Below are positions 1-9,159 of a stretch of 64,000 bases of DNA, piece by piece. This DNA is from a virus. The first letter of the stretch is position 1; each line of letters begins with the position of its first letter. Position numbers and translations under genes: made by a program. The DNA lies in the IMG/VR virus record IMGVR_UViG_3300010396_000010, positions 8,350 through 72,349 of that record, one strand, 5' to 3'. A model generated the notes under the pieces. It was not told the origin of the DNA, made no database searches, and saw nothing but the letters and a program-made list of their open reading frames with translations.

Positions 1-50
1 GGCAGTTCTTCGAGACACGCCGACTGAAAGCCGCATAGGAGGGTACGCCA

Positions 51-941
51 ATGGCCGCGCAACGCGACGACGATCTGTATGAGGATATGCCTGATGATGA
101 GGCGATGCCTGATGCGCAGATGGGTGATGACGTACAAGCGTATCTCTTGGAAATCGGGCGTTATCCGCTGCTGACCGACGCAGAAGAATTGGCGCTGGCA
201 CAGCGCATCGCGCAAGGCGACGCCGATGCTAAGCGGATCTTCATCGAGTGCAACCTGCGATTGGTGGTCAGCATTGCCAAACGATTTGTGCGTTACACGC
301 ACTCGCTGCCGCTGCTCGATCTCATCCAAGAGGGGAACATTGGCCTGATACGGGCCGTGGAGAAGTTCGACTGGCGGCGAGGGAATCGGTTCAGCACGCA
401 TGCGACGTGGTGGATTCGCCAGGACATTACACGTGGCATCATGAGTAAGGGGCGTGCCATTCGTCTGCCTGAGCATGTGGCGATAGCCCTGAATCGCCTC
501 AAGCGTCTGCGCAACGCCCTCATGCGTGACACGGGCGTGTTGCCCACCTACGAGGAGATCGCCGCCAAGGCGGAGATGCCGACCCGGCGCGTGAGGGAAC
601 TGTTCGGATTCGATGATGGCCCCCTGTCGCTCGATGCCGCAGAGTACGGCGACGACCACGACACGCCGTTGGCTGACATCCTGCCGGACACCACCAGCGC
701 CGCGCCAGATGCTATCGCCACCTTGGCGGATATTAGCGCATTGGATGATGCATTGGAACGGCTCTCGCCCCGCGAACGTGAGGTGTTGCGACTGCGCAAG
801 GGCGTGGTCGATGGGCATGAATGGACGCTGGCCGAGATCGGTCAGAAATTTGGGCGCACCCGCGAGTGCATCCGCCAGATCGAAACCAGGGCGCTGCGCA
901 AACTCCGCGCACCCGCCATGATGCATGCCCTCGTTGACTAA
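51..941 (+). CDS. RpoD/SigA-like sigma-70 factor (no region 1.1)
   Basis: Region 1.2 [12 protein letters not shown], region 2 [40 protein letters not shown], region 4 [20 protein letters not shown]; SD GGAGGG upstream. Confidence 0.95.
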   Translation: MAAQRDDDLYEDMPDDEAMPDAQMGDDVQAYLLEIGRYPLLTDAEELALAQRIAQGDADAKRIFIECNLRLVVSIAKRFVRYTHSLPLLDLIQEGNIGLIRAVEKFDWRRGNRFSTHATWWIRQDITRGIMSKGRAIRLPEHVAIALNRLKRLRNALMRDTGVLPTYEEIAAKAEMPTRRVRELFGFDDGPLSLDAAEYGDDHDTPLADILPDTTSAAPDAIATLADISALDDALERLSPREREVLRLRKGVVDGHEWTLAEIGQKFGRTRECIRQIETRALRKLRAPAMMHALVD

Positions 942-993
942 TTTTAGGCAACAGTGCTATACTACAGAGTGAAAAGCTGCTACGGAGGAAATC

Positions 994-1365
994 ATGATCA
1001 CGCCCAGCGTCCCCTATCGCCTCCACGTCCGTACCCTGGACCGCGCCGGATGCCCTGATCTGCATCCGGCCTTCGTGCGCCTGTTGGACCAGTCGCCGCG
1101 CCGATCCTTGGGCTGGTGGGAGTTCGCTCCGATTGCTGACGCGCTGCGCCAGCAGGGGTATGGCAAGGGGCTGGACGTGATCGCGCTGCTGCGTGGCACC
1201 CCCTCCGTGAGCATCGAGAGCATGTGCAAGATCCTGACCATCAGTGCTTCGACCGCCAAGAAGCGATTCAAGGAAACGTGGAACGCGGCGTATGACCAAT
1301 ACCAGGAACACTACCCCGGCAAGATCCGGACGCCGTTCTACGCGGAATTGTGGGGCCAACAGTGA
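994..1365 (+). CDS. hypothetical protein, possible C-terminal HTH
   Basis: GGAGG SD; SIESMCKILTISASTAKKR resembles an HTH. Confidence 0.6.
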   Translation: MITPSVPYRLHVRTLDRAGCPDLHPAFVRLLDQSPRRSLGWWEFAPIADALRQQGYGKGLDVIALLRGTPSVSIESMCKILTISASTAKKRFKETWNAAYDQYQEHYPGKIRTPFYAELWGQQ

Positions 1366-1757
1366 TCGTGGAGATATCCTCTGAGGTCGAAGACTATTTG
1401 CTCTATGACATCCGCGAAGTCAACGGCCATCCGTTTCACCACGCGAACGAACATAGCCGTCTGTTCCATCAGCAGTTGTGGGAGTTGGACTGGCGCGACG
1501 AGGAGGGCAAGCCCCTCATCGACAAAATGACTGTCACCCGCGAGACACGCTGGGTGGGCGACCGCAACTATGACCTGTTGATCTTCACGATGCAGCGCCA
1601 GGGCTACCAGCCGAAAGAAATTTGTGTTCGTGCCAGCGATGTGCAGGATCGCCATCCACTGACCAATGATTTGCTGTTTCGCGGCCATCGTACCATCGAA
1701 GAATTGCTCTTGCCCGCTGCGCGGAGCGGCTGGGCGAAAGAGGCCCAAGGCCAATGA
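1362..1757 (+). CDS. hypothetical phage protein
   Basis: GTGA/ATGA coupling to both neighbouring ORFs. Confidence 0.6.
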   Translation: MIVEISSEVEDYLLYDIREVNGHPFHHANEHSRLFHQQLWELDWRDEEGKPLIDKMTVTRETRWVGDRNYDLLIFTMQRQGYQPKEICVRASDVQDRHPLTNDLLFRGHRTIEELLLPAARSGWAKEAQGQ

Positions 1758-2407
1758 GTATTACCATCATCTCGTTCTCGCCGGGAACCACGATCAAGAG
1801 TGCGGATGTCACGAGCGATGTTACGGCGATCACCAATGCATTATCCGGTGTCGTGGCGAACCAGTTTACGTTTCTGGCGACAGCGACCACCAACCCCGCA
1901 CTGATAACCCAACTTCCCTCTACGCCAGGTAGCGATCAAGATGCCGTCCGCGCTGGAGTCCCTGGCGACTCTTCGCCGCGCATCGGTTTCTATTTGCGCT
2001 CTGATGGGTCTGGCGGCATTCGTGGCGGGTTTGGCAGTGGCATCGGCGCAGTCCTCTATGCGCAAACCGGCTTGTGGCAGACGCCCGATCAATTCTGGAT
2101 CACGCAAACCATCGGCACCGGCAACAAACTCTTTTACCGCATCGATACGACGGATCGCAAGAGCTTTGGTATCGCCTACAATAAGTTCAGCGATGCGCCG
2201 TATTGGTTCAACTACACGGACAGCATCTACATGACCGAACTTGGTCATGACGGCAGCATGTATGTCGGCACCGGGACCGCAACGCCTGGCAACTACTACC
2301 CGCAACTTGCCAGTGCTGGCGGTGGTGCGGCGGGCAAGAAGATTTGGGTTGGCACGACTGATCCGGGCGGCGCGGCTTCTGAGGGCGATTTTTGGCTCAA
2401 CGGCTGA
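1754..2407 (+). CDS. minor tail / tail-fibre protein
   Basis: N-terminal FSPGTTIKSADV anchor-like segment; G/T/S-rich; ends with IWVGTTDP...EGDFWL fibre-type motif. Confidence 0.7.
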   Translation: MSITIISFSPGTTIKSADVTSDVTAITNALSGVVANQFTFLATATTNPALITQLPSTPGSDQDAVRAGVPGDSSPRIGFYLRSDGSGGIRGGFGSGIGAVLYAQTGLWQTPDQFWITQTIGTGNKLFYRIDTTDRKSFGIAYNKFSDAPYWFNYTDSIYMTELGHDGSMYVGTGTATPGNYYPQLASAGGGAAGKKIWVGTTDPGGAASEGDFWLNG

Positions 2408-2427
2408 GTGCTTTGTGAGGGAATGAG

Positions 2428-2931
2428 ATGCCATCGACAGGGATTTACACGGTTACAAGCCCAACTAGCGGCACGCAGTATAACGCGCCCGCTGCCTATT
2501 GGGTTGTCCCGACCAATGGCACCAGCATTAGTTGTGAGGTCAAGAGCTACAATGCATCCAGTGTCCTCACAACGGTTGCTAACCTCACCGTGTATATTCG
2601 CAACGTCTCATCCGCAGTCAACTTGGCGAGCTTCAACGGCGGCACAGCGAACACAACGGACATTGGGCCGGACAGCGACGCGACGATCAACGGAACCAAT
2701 GTCTTCACCGTTGGCGCGAGCGTGGGCGGCACCATCGATCATATCGCCATGCAGGTGACGAACTACACCGGCAGTGCCTACAGTGGCGGCGGCGGTGGCA
2801 CAGGCAATGATAAGGTCCGGCGCAGTGGTGCATGGGGCGCTGCGGTGACGATCAAGGTCCGGCGCTCTGGCGCGTGGACCAGTGTATCCGGTTACGTGCG
2901 CCGGTCGAATGCATGGAGCCAAGTAGCATAA
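2428..2931 (+). CDS. minor tail protein
   Basis: S/T/G-rich beta protein with three VRRSGAW-like C-terminal repeats typical of fibre-associated proteins. Confidence 0.65.
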   Translation: MPSTGIYTVTSPTSGTQYNAPAAYWVVPTNGTSISCEVKSYNASSVLTTVANLTVYIRNVSSAVNLASFNGGTANTTDIGPDSDATINGTNVFTVGASVGGTIDHIAMQVTNYTGSAYSGGGGGTGNDKVRRSGAWGAAVTIKVRRSGAWTSVSGYVRRSNAWSQVA

Positions 2932-2943
2932 AGGAGCAAAACA

Positions 2944-3444
2944 ATGCAAATCCCTGTTCAAGCCCTGGTTGAAGCCCCGCACAGCATCACACTTACCCTT
3001 CAAGGCAACCAACTCATCGACGTGATGAGCCGCCTCTCGACTGAGGATCTGTGCGCGGCACTCAAAGCGGCTGTCGCCAACCTCGAAGCGCAGATCGCCG
3101 CGCAGCACGTGACGGATGAAGCGCAGCCGAAAGAGAATGCGTCACAAAACAAGACAATGCCCATCAATAGCATGCAACTCACACAAATACAAAAGTTGTG
3201 CGCGGCGGTTGGCACCCCCATGCCAGATACATCTCATATGACCCAAGACGAGGCACAGGAATTTTTGAATAATTTCCAATCCGTCGAACTGCCGCCACTG
3301 GACGTTGCCCCCGGCCAGAGCGCCACGCAGACGGTGACGCAGACCTTGCCCGATGGCACCACCCTCAACATCACGCACACGCACACCAACACGGGCGAGG
3401 CAGAAACGGAGGATGCAGCCCCCGAAGGGACAGATGGGGCATGA
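2944..3444 (+). CDS. hypothetical protein
   Basis: AAGGAG SD, operon continuity. Confidence 0.6.
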   Translation: MQIPVQALVEAPHSITLTLQGNQLIDVMSRLSTEDLCAALKAAVANLEAQIAAQHVTDEAQPKENASQNKTMPINSMQLTQIQKLCAAVGTPMPDTSHMTQDEAQEFLNNFQSVELPPLDVAPGQSATQTVTQTLPDGTTLNITHTHTNTGEAETEDAAPEGTDGA

Positions 3445-3860
3445 GAAACAATCCGTCCCTGACGCTCGCCGATATCCAAGCCGTCTTAACGAACACGATC
3501 AAAGCTGCCGTCGATCCACTTTCATCGCAGATGAGCAAACTCACTGAAAAGGTGGACACCCTCACCGCCGATCATGTTAAACAGATAGACATGCAAGATC
3601 TGCGACGCGAGATGCAACAAGGATTCGCGGGACTGGAAACCAAATACCTGATCCGCGAAATGGCGGAACAGCAACGCAAAGAACTGGTGAACGGGCAAGA
3701 GGATATCCGAAAAGAATTGAAAGATATGAAGGATGCGGCAGCGAGTAGCGGACTCAAGCAATGGCAAATGCTGAGTATTGTTGCAAGCATCATCTTTACG
3801 TTCTTGGGATTCCTCATCTCGCTCTACGCTAATGTCCTTGTCCACCTGAGCTATAAATAA
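3441..3860 (+). CDS. coiled-coil protein with C-terminal TM helix (lysis-associated)
   Basis: Heptad-rich N-terminus, TM MLSIVASIIFTFLGFLISL; upstream of the lysin. Confidence 0.6.
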   Translation: MRNNPSLTLADIQAVLTNTIKAAVDPLSSQMSKLTEKVDTLTADHVKQIDMQDLRREMQQGFAGLETKYLIREMAEQQRKELVNGQEDIRKELKDMKDAAASSGLKQWQMLSIVASIIFTFLGFLISLYANVLVHLSYK

Positions 3861-3879
3861 TCCCTAGAAAGGAGGAACC

Positions 3880-4359
3880 ATGCTCAAATATATCGCGCCC
3901 TTACAAGAGCAATTGCGCCACCTGCCCACACCGCATCTCTTTCGCGCTCATGATGCCAGCGACAAGACCAAAGGCCAGCGCGTCGCGGAGATCGCCGCGT
4001 CTCGCATCGGTTCCTGGCCGTTCCTCATCGGGCAGAGCGTCGTGCTAGCGGCGTGGATTATCTTCAATAGCGTTGCCGTGTTTCCCCACTTCGATAACCC
4101 GCCGTACATTTTGCTCAATCTCATGCTCAGCTTCCAGGCTGCTTTTACCGGGCCAGTCCTGTTGATTGCGGCGAACGTCGGGGCGATGCGCGACCATAAG
4201 CAATATGACCGCATGGAACAGATGGAAACACGCATCATTGATGAATTGACCGCGACACGCAATGAACTGGCTGAGGCCCGCGTCGAGAATGCAGAACTGC
4301 GGCAGATGATCGCCGTTGTCTGCGAGCATTTTGCATTGGAGTTGACTCATGCTTCCTAG
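3880..4359 (+). CDS. DUF1003-like membrane protein
   Basis: IGSWPF...WIIFN...FDNPPYILLNLMLSFQAAFTGPVLLI signature. Confidence 0.8.
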   Translation: MLKYIAPLQEQLRHLPTPHLFRAHDASDKTKGQRVAEIAASRIGSWPFLIGQSVVLAAWIIFNSVAVFPHFDNPPYILLNLMLSFQAAFTGPVLLIAANVGAMRDHKQYDRMEQMETRIIDELTATRNELAEARVENAELRQMIAVVCEHFALELTHAS

Positions 4360-5500
4360 TGGATGGTCCGATAACGGCCTGGCGCTCATCCCGCCCAAAG
4401 CGCCGGATGGCAAGCAATATTTCTTTTCTGACGCCTCCGGCATGCGCGAACTGGCGCTACACCTGCTGGCGGAAAACGTCATCAGTGGCGACGACACGGC
4501 TATCGAGAACGCCGCGCAGGTGTCGCCGGATCGCGTCGAGCAATGCACGCAATATGGCTGTCTGGTCATTCAGCGTGACAGCAAGGATGATCCGTGGACC
4601 GGCTTCCGTAGCAACCTCGGCGCGGAACACCTGAAGAACAGCGGGCGCACGCCGAAGGCATCGCCCATCCCACAGCCACCCACACCAGCCGATCCCAACA
4701 AGGTCAAACTGGCACGCACGCAGAAGGCGCTTGGCACCGACACGTTAGGCGTCTACTTCGGCACGTGGACCTATGGCAAGCCAGCAGTGGCCTTCACACC
4801 CTTTGCAAAACAGGCAAAAGGCATGGGATTCGACTATGTGATGGTCAAGTTTGGCGAGGATGGCACGCGCTGGTATCCTGACTCGCCCGCACAGATTGCC
4901 AAAGTCTTTGCTGACAATGGTTTGAAGATGGTCCCCTTCTGGTATTGCCGCCCGAATTACTGGCAACAGGACGCCGATCATTGCGCCCAACTGGCGCAGG
5001 AGTTTGGGGTCATCGATCTCGACATCGAAGAAGTGTTCTTGAATATCCAGGGCAAGCAGATCGTCGGCAGCTATGGAACACAACTCGCAGCACTGGTAAA
5101 CCGCATCCGCAACGCCGCACCAGAAGCCTTGATCATCGCTGACGGCTATGGCGACCCCATGACCGCTTTCGCTGGGACGTTCCCCTATTGGGCCATCACT
5201 GAGGCGGACTGCTATCAGCCGCAGTGGTACGAGTCGTTCTATGGGGCGCGCACCTGGGATGAGTGGCGCAACGGACTGGCGCGGCACGACGCCGAATGCG
5301 GCGAAGTGTTCCAGCAAGCGAAACTTGGCTTGTCGTTCCCCATCCGCCCCTGTGTCTCATCGTTCGCCGTCACGCCAGATGTCGCCTACGATATCGGCCA
5401 TTACCTCAGTAGCTTCCACACTGGCCTCATGCTGTGGGAGTTCACGCAATGTGCCGCTGATGTGGCCCGCGCCTTCAAGAGCGGGCTGCACGCGAAATAG
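4349..5500 (+). CDS. putative endolysin, GH25-like TIM-barrel glycoside hydrolase
   Basis: GFDYVMVK, VPFWY, IDLDIEE (DxE) motifs; Pro-rich linker; flanked by membrane proteins. Confidence 0.65.
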   Translation: MLPSGWSDNGLALIPPKAPDGKQYFFSDASGMRELALHLLAENVISGDDTAIENAAQVSPDRVEQCTQYGCLVIQRDSKDDPWTGFRSNLGAEHLKNSGRTPKASPIPQPPTPADPNKVKLARTQKALGTDTLGVYFGTWTYGKPAVAFTPFAKQAKGMGFDYVMVKFGEDGTRWYPDSPAQIAKVFADNGLKMVPFWYCRPNYWQQDADHCAQLAQEFGVIDLDIEEVFLNIQGKQIVGSYGTQLAALVNRIRNAAPEALIIADGYGDPMTAFAGTFPYWAITEADCYQPQWYESFYGARTWDEWRNGLARHDAECGEVFQQAKLGLSFPIRPCVSSFAVTPDVAYDIGHYLSSFHTGLMLWEFTQCAADVARAFKSGLHAK

Positions 5501-5513
5501 AAAGGAACCTTTG

Positions 5514-5966
5514 ATGAACCTCTTTGAACGCGCCCAGCAGGGCATGAACCTCACCGCCGCCGAGCGCGGCATCTACCAGTTCGCGCAACTGATGTTGAAA
5601 TCCCTTGGTCCCTTGGGCGCGCTGCCCTTCGTGGCCGATCTGCTCAAAGCCGTCAACGTGTGGCTGTCCACCGGCACCTGGCACACCTTCGACTACCTGG
5701 GCGATCTGCGCGTGCTGCTGGCTGCTGTCGTTGCCTCCGCCATCGCCGCATGGCAGCACTGGCAGAGTGCGCAGGGCGATGCACCGCTGCTGTCCTCTGC
5801 TAATGCCGAAAGCGATGCGGTCACGTTCACGCCCCGCGATCCCGCCGCGTCCAAGGCGGGCGAAACGCTCACCCTCGCTAAGCCTCCCGTCGTCGAGGAT
5901 GCGCCAGTAGTGGCCTCTGCTGACAGCACGCCCGCACCAACGCCTGAGCCTGTAGTCACCGCGTAA
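5514..5966 (+). CDS. putative holin
   Basis: Two hydrophobic helices plus P/A-rich tail, directly after the lysin; ATG 5514 with SD. Confidence 0.55.
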   Translation: MNLFERAQQGMNLTAAERGIYQFAQLMLKSLGPLGALPFVADLLKAVNVWLSTGTWHTFDYLGDLRVLLAAVVASAIAAWQHWQSAQGDAPLLSSANAESDAVTFTPRDPAASKAGETLTLAKPPVVEDAPVVASADSTPAPTPEPVVTA

Positions 5967-5987
5967 TTACCGATCCCTCACCTTATG

Positions 5988-6022
5988 CCCCTGTATCACA
6001 CAAATACAGGGGTTTTTCTTTT
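5988..6022 (+). terminator. intrinsic terminator
   Basis: CCCCTGTAT...ATACAGGGG followed by TTTTTCTTTT. Confidence 0.85.
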
Positions 6023-6083
6023 CTTCACATCCGCCTATTTCCTGAGTAGAATGGTTGTTTTTCTTCACCATCTTACCTACTGA

Positions 6084-6112
6084 TTGACAATCCGTAGAGG
6101 ATAGCATATGGT
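6084..6112 (+). promoter_or_regulatory. sigma-70-type promoter of the kinase operon
   Basis: TTGACA-17-TATGGT. Confidence 0.6.
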
Positions 6113-6214
6113 GGGTGCATCAACTACGCGCAAGTGTTGGATACGGGCCGCACCGTGCCGCTCAGTCGCATTTTCGTGTTGACGGTAATCTTCCGAGGAC
6201 GTGGAGGAAAAACA

Positions 6215-7120
6215 ATGCAGCAACCATCAGAGCCGATGGACGACGAAGTGACACAGATTATTCGGCCCAAAGCGGGAATGCGTTTTGCGGAATTTGTGTT
6301 TGATCGCCAGATCGGTGAGGGCGCGGCAAGTGAAGTGTGGTTAGCCCATGACTTCTTTGGCGAGCGAGCAGCCATTAAGATTGTGACGCGCAGCGAGGAC
6401 CGGCAGTTCGAGGATCGTCATTATGCGCGGCGCTTGCTGATTGAGGGGGAAACGATGCTGAACCTGCATCACCCCAACATCCTGCATGTAAAGCGTACCG
6501 GGATGGATATCCATTGGTACTACATGATCATGGCGTATGTCACAGGCGGGACCGTCGCAAGCGCATTGGAGCGCAAGGGGCGCATGCCACTACATCAGGC
6601 GCTTGCCGTCACCAACAATGTGCTGCATGCTCTGGAATATGCCCATGCACGCGGCATCGTCCATCGGGACATCAAGCCGCAGAACATTCTGCTGGACCCG
6701 CCAGCAGGGCGCGTGCTGCTGGCGGACTTCGGCATCCTCTACCGCCAGCGTAAGGCTAGCGACCGCATGACGCTTCCCGGCAAGGTGCTAGGAACTGCCG
6801 CGTATATGGCCCCGGAACAGGTACGTGGCCGCGACCTCGATGCCCGCACTGATCTCTATGCAGTCGGCTGCATGCTGTACGAAATGCTCTATGGGCAACC
6901 GCCATTTGGCAAGAAGTACGGCGACGATCTCGCCATTGCGCGACGCCAGGTGAGCGAGCCGGTGGTCTTCCCCGCGACGCCGGCCCTGTCGCATCAACTG
7001 CAAGCAGTGATCGGGCGCGTACTGGAAAAGGAACCCGCCAAACGCTATCAGCATGCCGCAGCGTTCCGTCGCGCCCTCGCGCCGTTCTACACGGTGTTCC
7101 CACAGAAAGGCGACCGCTGA
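6215..7120 (+). CDS. Hanks-type Ser/Thr protein kinase (PknB-like catalytic domain only)
   Basis: IGEGAASEV, AAIK, HRDIKPQN, DFG, GTAAYMAPEQ, DLYAVG motifs; GGAGG SD before ATG 6215. Confidence 0.95.
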   Translation: MQQPSEPMDDEVTQIIRPKAGMRFAEFVFDRQIGEGAASEVWLAHDFFGERAAIKIVTRSEDRQFEDRHYARRLLIEGETMLNLHHPNILHVKRTGMDIHWYYMIMAYVTGGTVASALERKGRMPLHQALAVTNNVLHALEYAHARGIVHRDIKPQNILLDPPAGRVLLADFGILYRQRKASDRMTLPGKVLGTAAYMAPEQVRGRDLDARTDLYAVGCMLYEMLYGQPPFGKKYGDDLAIARRQVSEPVVFPATPALSHQLQAVIGRVLEKEPAKRYQHAAAFRRALAPFYTVFPQKGDR

Positions 7121-7527
7121 TGGCTCTCTATCGCGGATATGGCGCACCGACCCCGATGCCACGCCCCGTCATTCCAGAGCAACCACAGTTGCCAAGGATT
7201 CATCCCAAGACGGTTCCCTATCGTCAATTCGCGCAAGCTGCCAAACTTGCGCAGTCACGCACACGTCTCGGCGTCTGGCGACTGAACGCCTATATTGTGC
7301 AGGATGCCTATCTCGTGGGCGATAGACGCCGGGGCTATTACTATGGTGTGGTAGGAAAACAGATCTTCGAGGGGAAGCGACTGCGCGATGTGTACAACCA
7401 CATGGTGCAATATTGCCTCGACACCCAGAGAGCCAAACTGAATCATGACTCGTGGGCGTTCGCCATCGCGCCACGCTGGGAACTGGCGGCGTTCCGTAAG
7501 ACGATCATGATGGATGCGTTGGAGTAG
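7120..7527 (+). CDS. hypothetical protein coupled to the kinase
   Basis: TGATG overlap with the kinase stop. Confidence 0.65.
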   Translation: MALYRGYGAPTPMPRPVIPEQPQLPRIHPKTVPYRQFAQAAKLAQSRTRLGVWRLNAYIVQDAYLVGDRRRGYYYGVVGKQIFEGKRLRDVYNHMVQYCLDTQRAKLNHDSWAFAIAPRWELAAFRKTIMMDALE

Positions 7528-7723
7528 CGTCACGTGGGGGCTTGCGCCACGTGACCTCAAGCCCCTGCGCCTCAGCCAGTAGGCCCACTTCGATGAGATG
7601 CACCCCCGCACTGGCTATTGATCGCCGCTGCGCCTGGATATAGGCGAAAAAGATCTCCGCGATATCCGGTGGCAGCGGCACCGTGATTTTATTCTGCGTC
7701 GTTCGTTTGCGTGGCACGCCCAT
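7505..7723 (-). CDS. ribbon-helix-helix (Arc/CopG-like) regulator
   Basis: KITVPLPPDIAE...AQRRSIASAGVHLIEVGL pattern; divergent from the repressor-like gene. Confidence 0.65.
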   Translation of the reverse strand: MGVPRKRTTQNKITVPLPPDIAEIFFAYIQAQRRSIASAGVHLIEVGLLAEAQGLEVTWRKPPRDATPTHPS

Positions 7724-7879
7724 CAGTTTTTTCCTTTACGCATGGTTCTCTTTGTAGTATAGCGCCCTGCCTACGCAATAGGCAATTTGCGTGATTCTGT
7801 TGTTTTTTTCCTCATTGGTCGCGTATACTGGTGACAGAGGTACGACAGAAGTACCAAAGCGGGACCAAGGGGAGCTATC

Positions 7880-8599
7880 ATGGATTCATCAATGCCTATT
7901 TATCGTCAATATGTCGAGGTTCCACCGCCACAGCGGTTTCTGCAAACCATCGACGCCTATTTGGATTTGCTACGAGAAACGGATGGCACGTGGTCAGGGC
8001 GTCGCCTGGCGCGGGAGTCCGGACTGTCGCATAATTATTTCTCCGCATTCAAAGCCAGATTGAAAGATTTGCCCGACTATAGCCCCGGCGTCAATACCAT
8101 CGACCCCATCATTGCCGCGCTGAACCGGCACTTGCCCGGAGAGCAACGCTGGCCGCGTCTGGAAGCCCTGGAAGCCGCGAACGTCAAACCCGCCGACATC
8201 GAAGCCCAGCAAGTGCATATCCACGCCGAGCGCAGCAAGCCCGTAGCGCCACCCACTAACATCGACGTGTTGCCACCGCTCCCCGCGCAGATCGCGCTTC
8301 CTGTGCTGTCAGGCAGCATCATGGAGGCCAAGGGCATGGCTGCTGCGGTGGATACCCGCGCCGTGTTCCAGGTCAAGAGCAACATGGCGCTGGTGCAAGA
8401 TCCCCTTCCAGGGTATACGCCGCAGCGCGAGGGGGATTGGGCGCTGATTCAGTCGCCCGACGCGCCGACCCCGCAAGGAGTTCAGCCTTGGGCGCTGGTC
8501 CGCGAGGGGCAACACCTGCGGGCCGTCCCCTATGGCACGGCGAAGAGGCAGCAGATCGTGGCGTGGATCTTGGGGACACTCTGCCTCGATCCCGACTGA
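7880..8599 (+). CDS. CI-like repressor (XRE HTH plus degenerate S24-like C-terminal domain)
   Basis: WSGRRLARESGLSHNYFS HTH; LPVL..FQVKSNM..EGDWALI resembles an S24 fold. Confidence 0.55.
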   Translation: MDSSMPIYRQYVEVPPPQRFLQTIDAYLDLLRETDGTWSGRRLARESGLSHNYFSAFKARLKDLPDYSPGVNTIDPIIAALNRHLPGEQRWPRLEALEAANVKPADIEAQQVHIHAERSKPVAPPTNIDVLPPLPAQIALPVLSGSIMEAKGMAAAVDTRAVFQVKSNMALVQDPLPGYTPQREGDWALIQSPDAPTPQGVQPWALVREGQHLRAVPYGTAKRQQIVAWILGTLCLDPD

Positions 8600-8848
8600 T
8601 CCTCTGCTGATCCAATTCTGATCCAACGCCGATCTTTTTGCTGCGTTTTCCTGCATGATCAGCGGTATTCCTTGCGACAAGAAACGTGGAAAAATGCGCT
8701 CTTGCACTATGCAGCAGGATGCGCTATGATAATCCTGAGTTATCTAACCACTTTTGTGTATGCAGAAATTTTTCCCTGGATAGATGCGAAGTGCAGCCTG
8801 GCGAGGGCTGCACCGTTTGGGGGATTTGATCCAATTCTGATCCAGTTG
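8587..8848. repeat. attP-like region with TGATCC arm-type repeats
   Basis: (T/C)GATC(C) at 8587, 8597, 8608, 8619, 8630 and 8827, 8838; TGATCCAATTCTGATCCA present twice; downstream of the integrase. Confidence 0.55.
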
Positions 8849-8889
8849 GCCGTAGCTAACGGAAATTTCCGGGTTCAGCTACACCTTCC

Positions 8890-9159
8890 TTAGTTCTGCG
8901 ATGGATCGCTATCTTCTGGTGGTGTGTCCAACTTTTCGTCAAGGGGCTGAACGCCATCTAGAATGTTATCGAGGGCTTGTCCTGATTCCACCATCAACTG
9001 CGCCATTTGGTTTACAAAGACTGCGAACCCTTCTGTAAAAACCATACTGAACGACTCAGCAAGGCTTTGTACCGCCCTTTCCAGTTCGTTGAACATTTCT
9101 TCTATTGCGTCCATTCCATCGTTTACGCTCACGTATTTACCTCCTTCTATCAACTCCAA
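8890..9159 (-). CDS. acidic hypothetical protein
   Basis: ORF in the integrase transcription unit; start uncertain. Confidence 0.5.
   Translation of the reverse strand: MELIEGGKYVSVNDGMDAIEEMFNELERAVQSLAESFSMVFTEGFAVFVNQMAQLMVESGQALDNILDGVQPLDEKLDTPPEDSDPSQN

Noticed and set aside
3141-3159. GTCACAAAACAAGACAATG as a sixth sRNA target
   Set aside because: Both half-sites are imperfect and it lies inside a CDS
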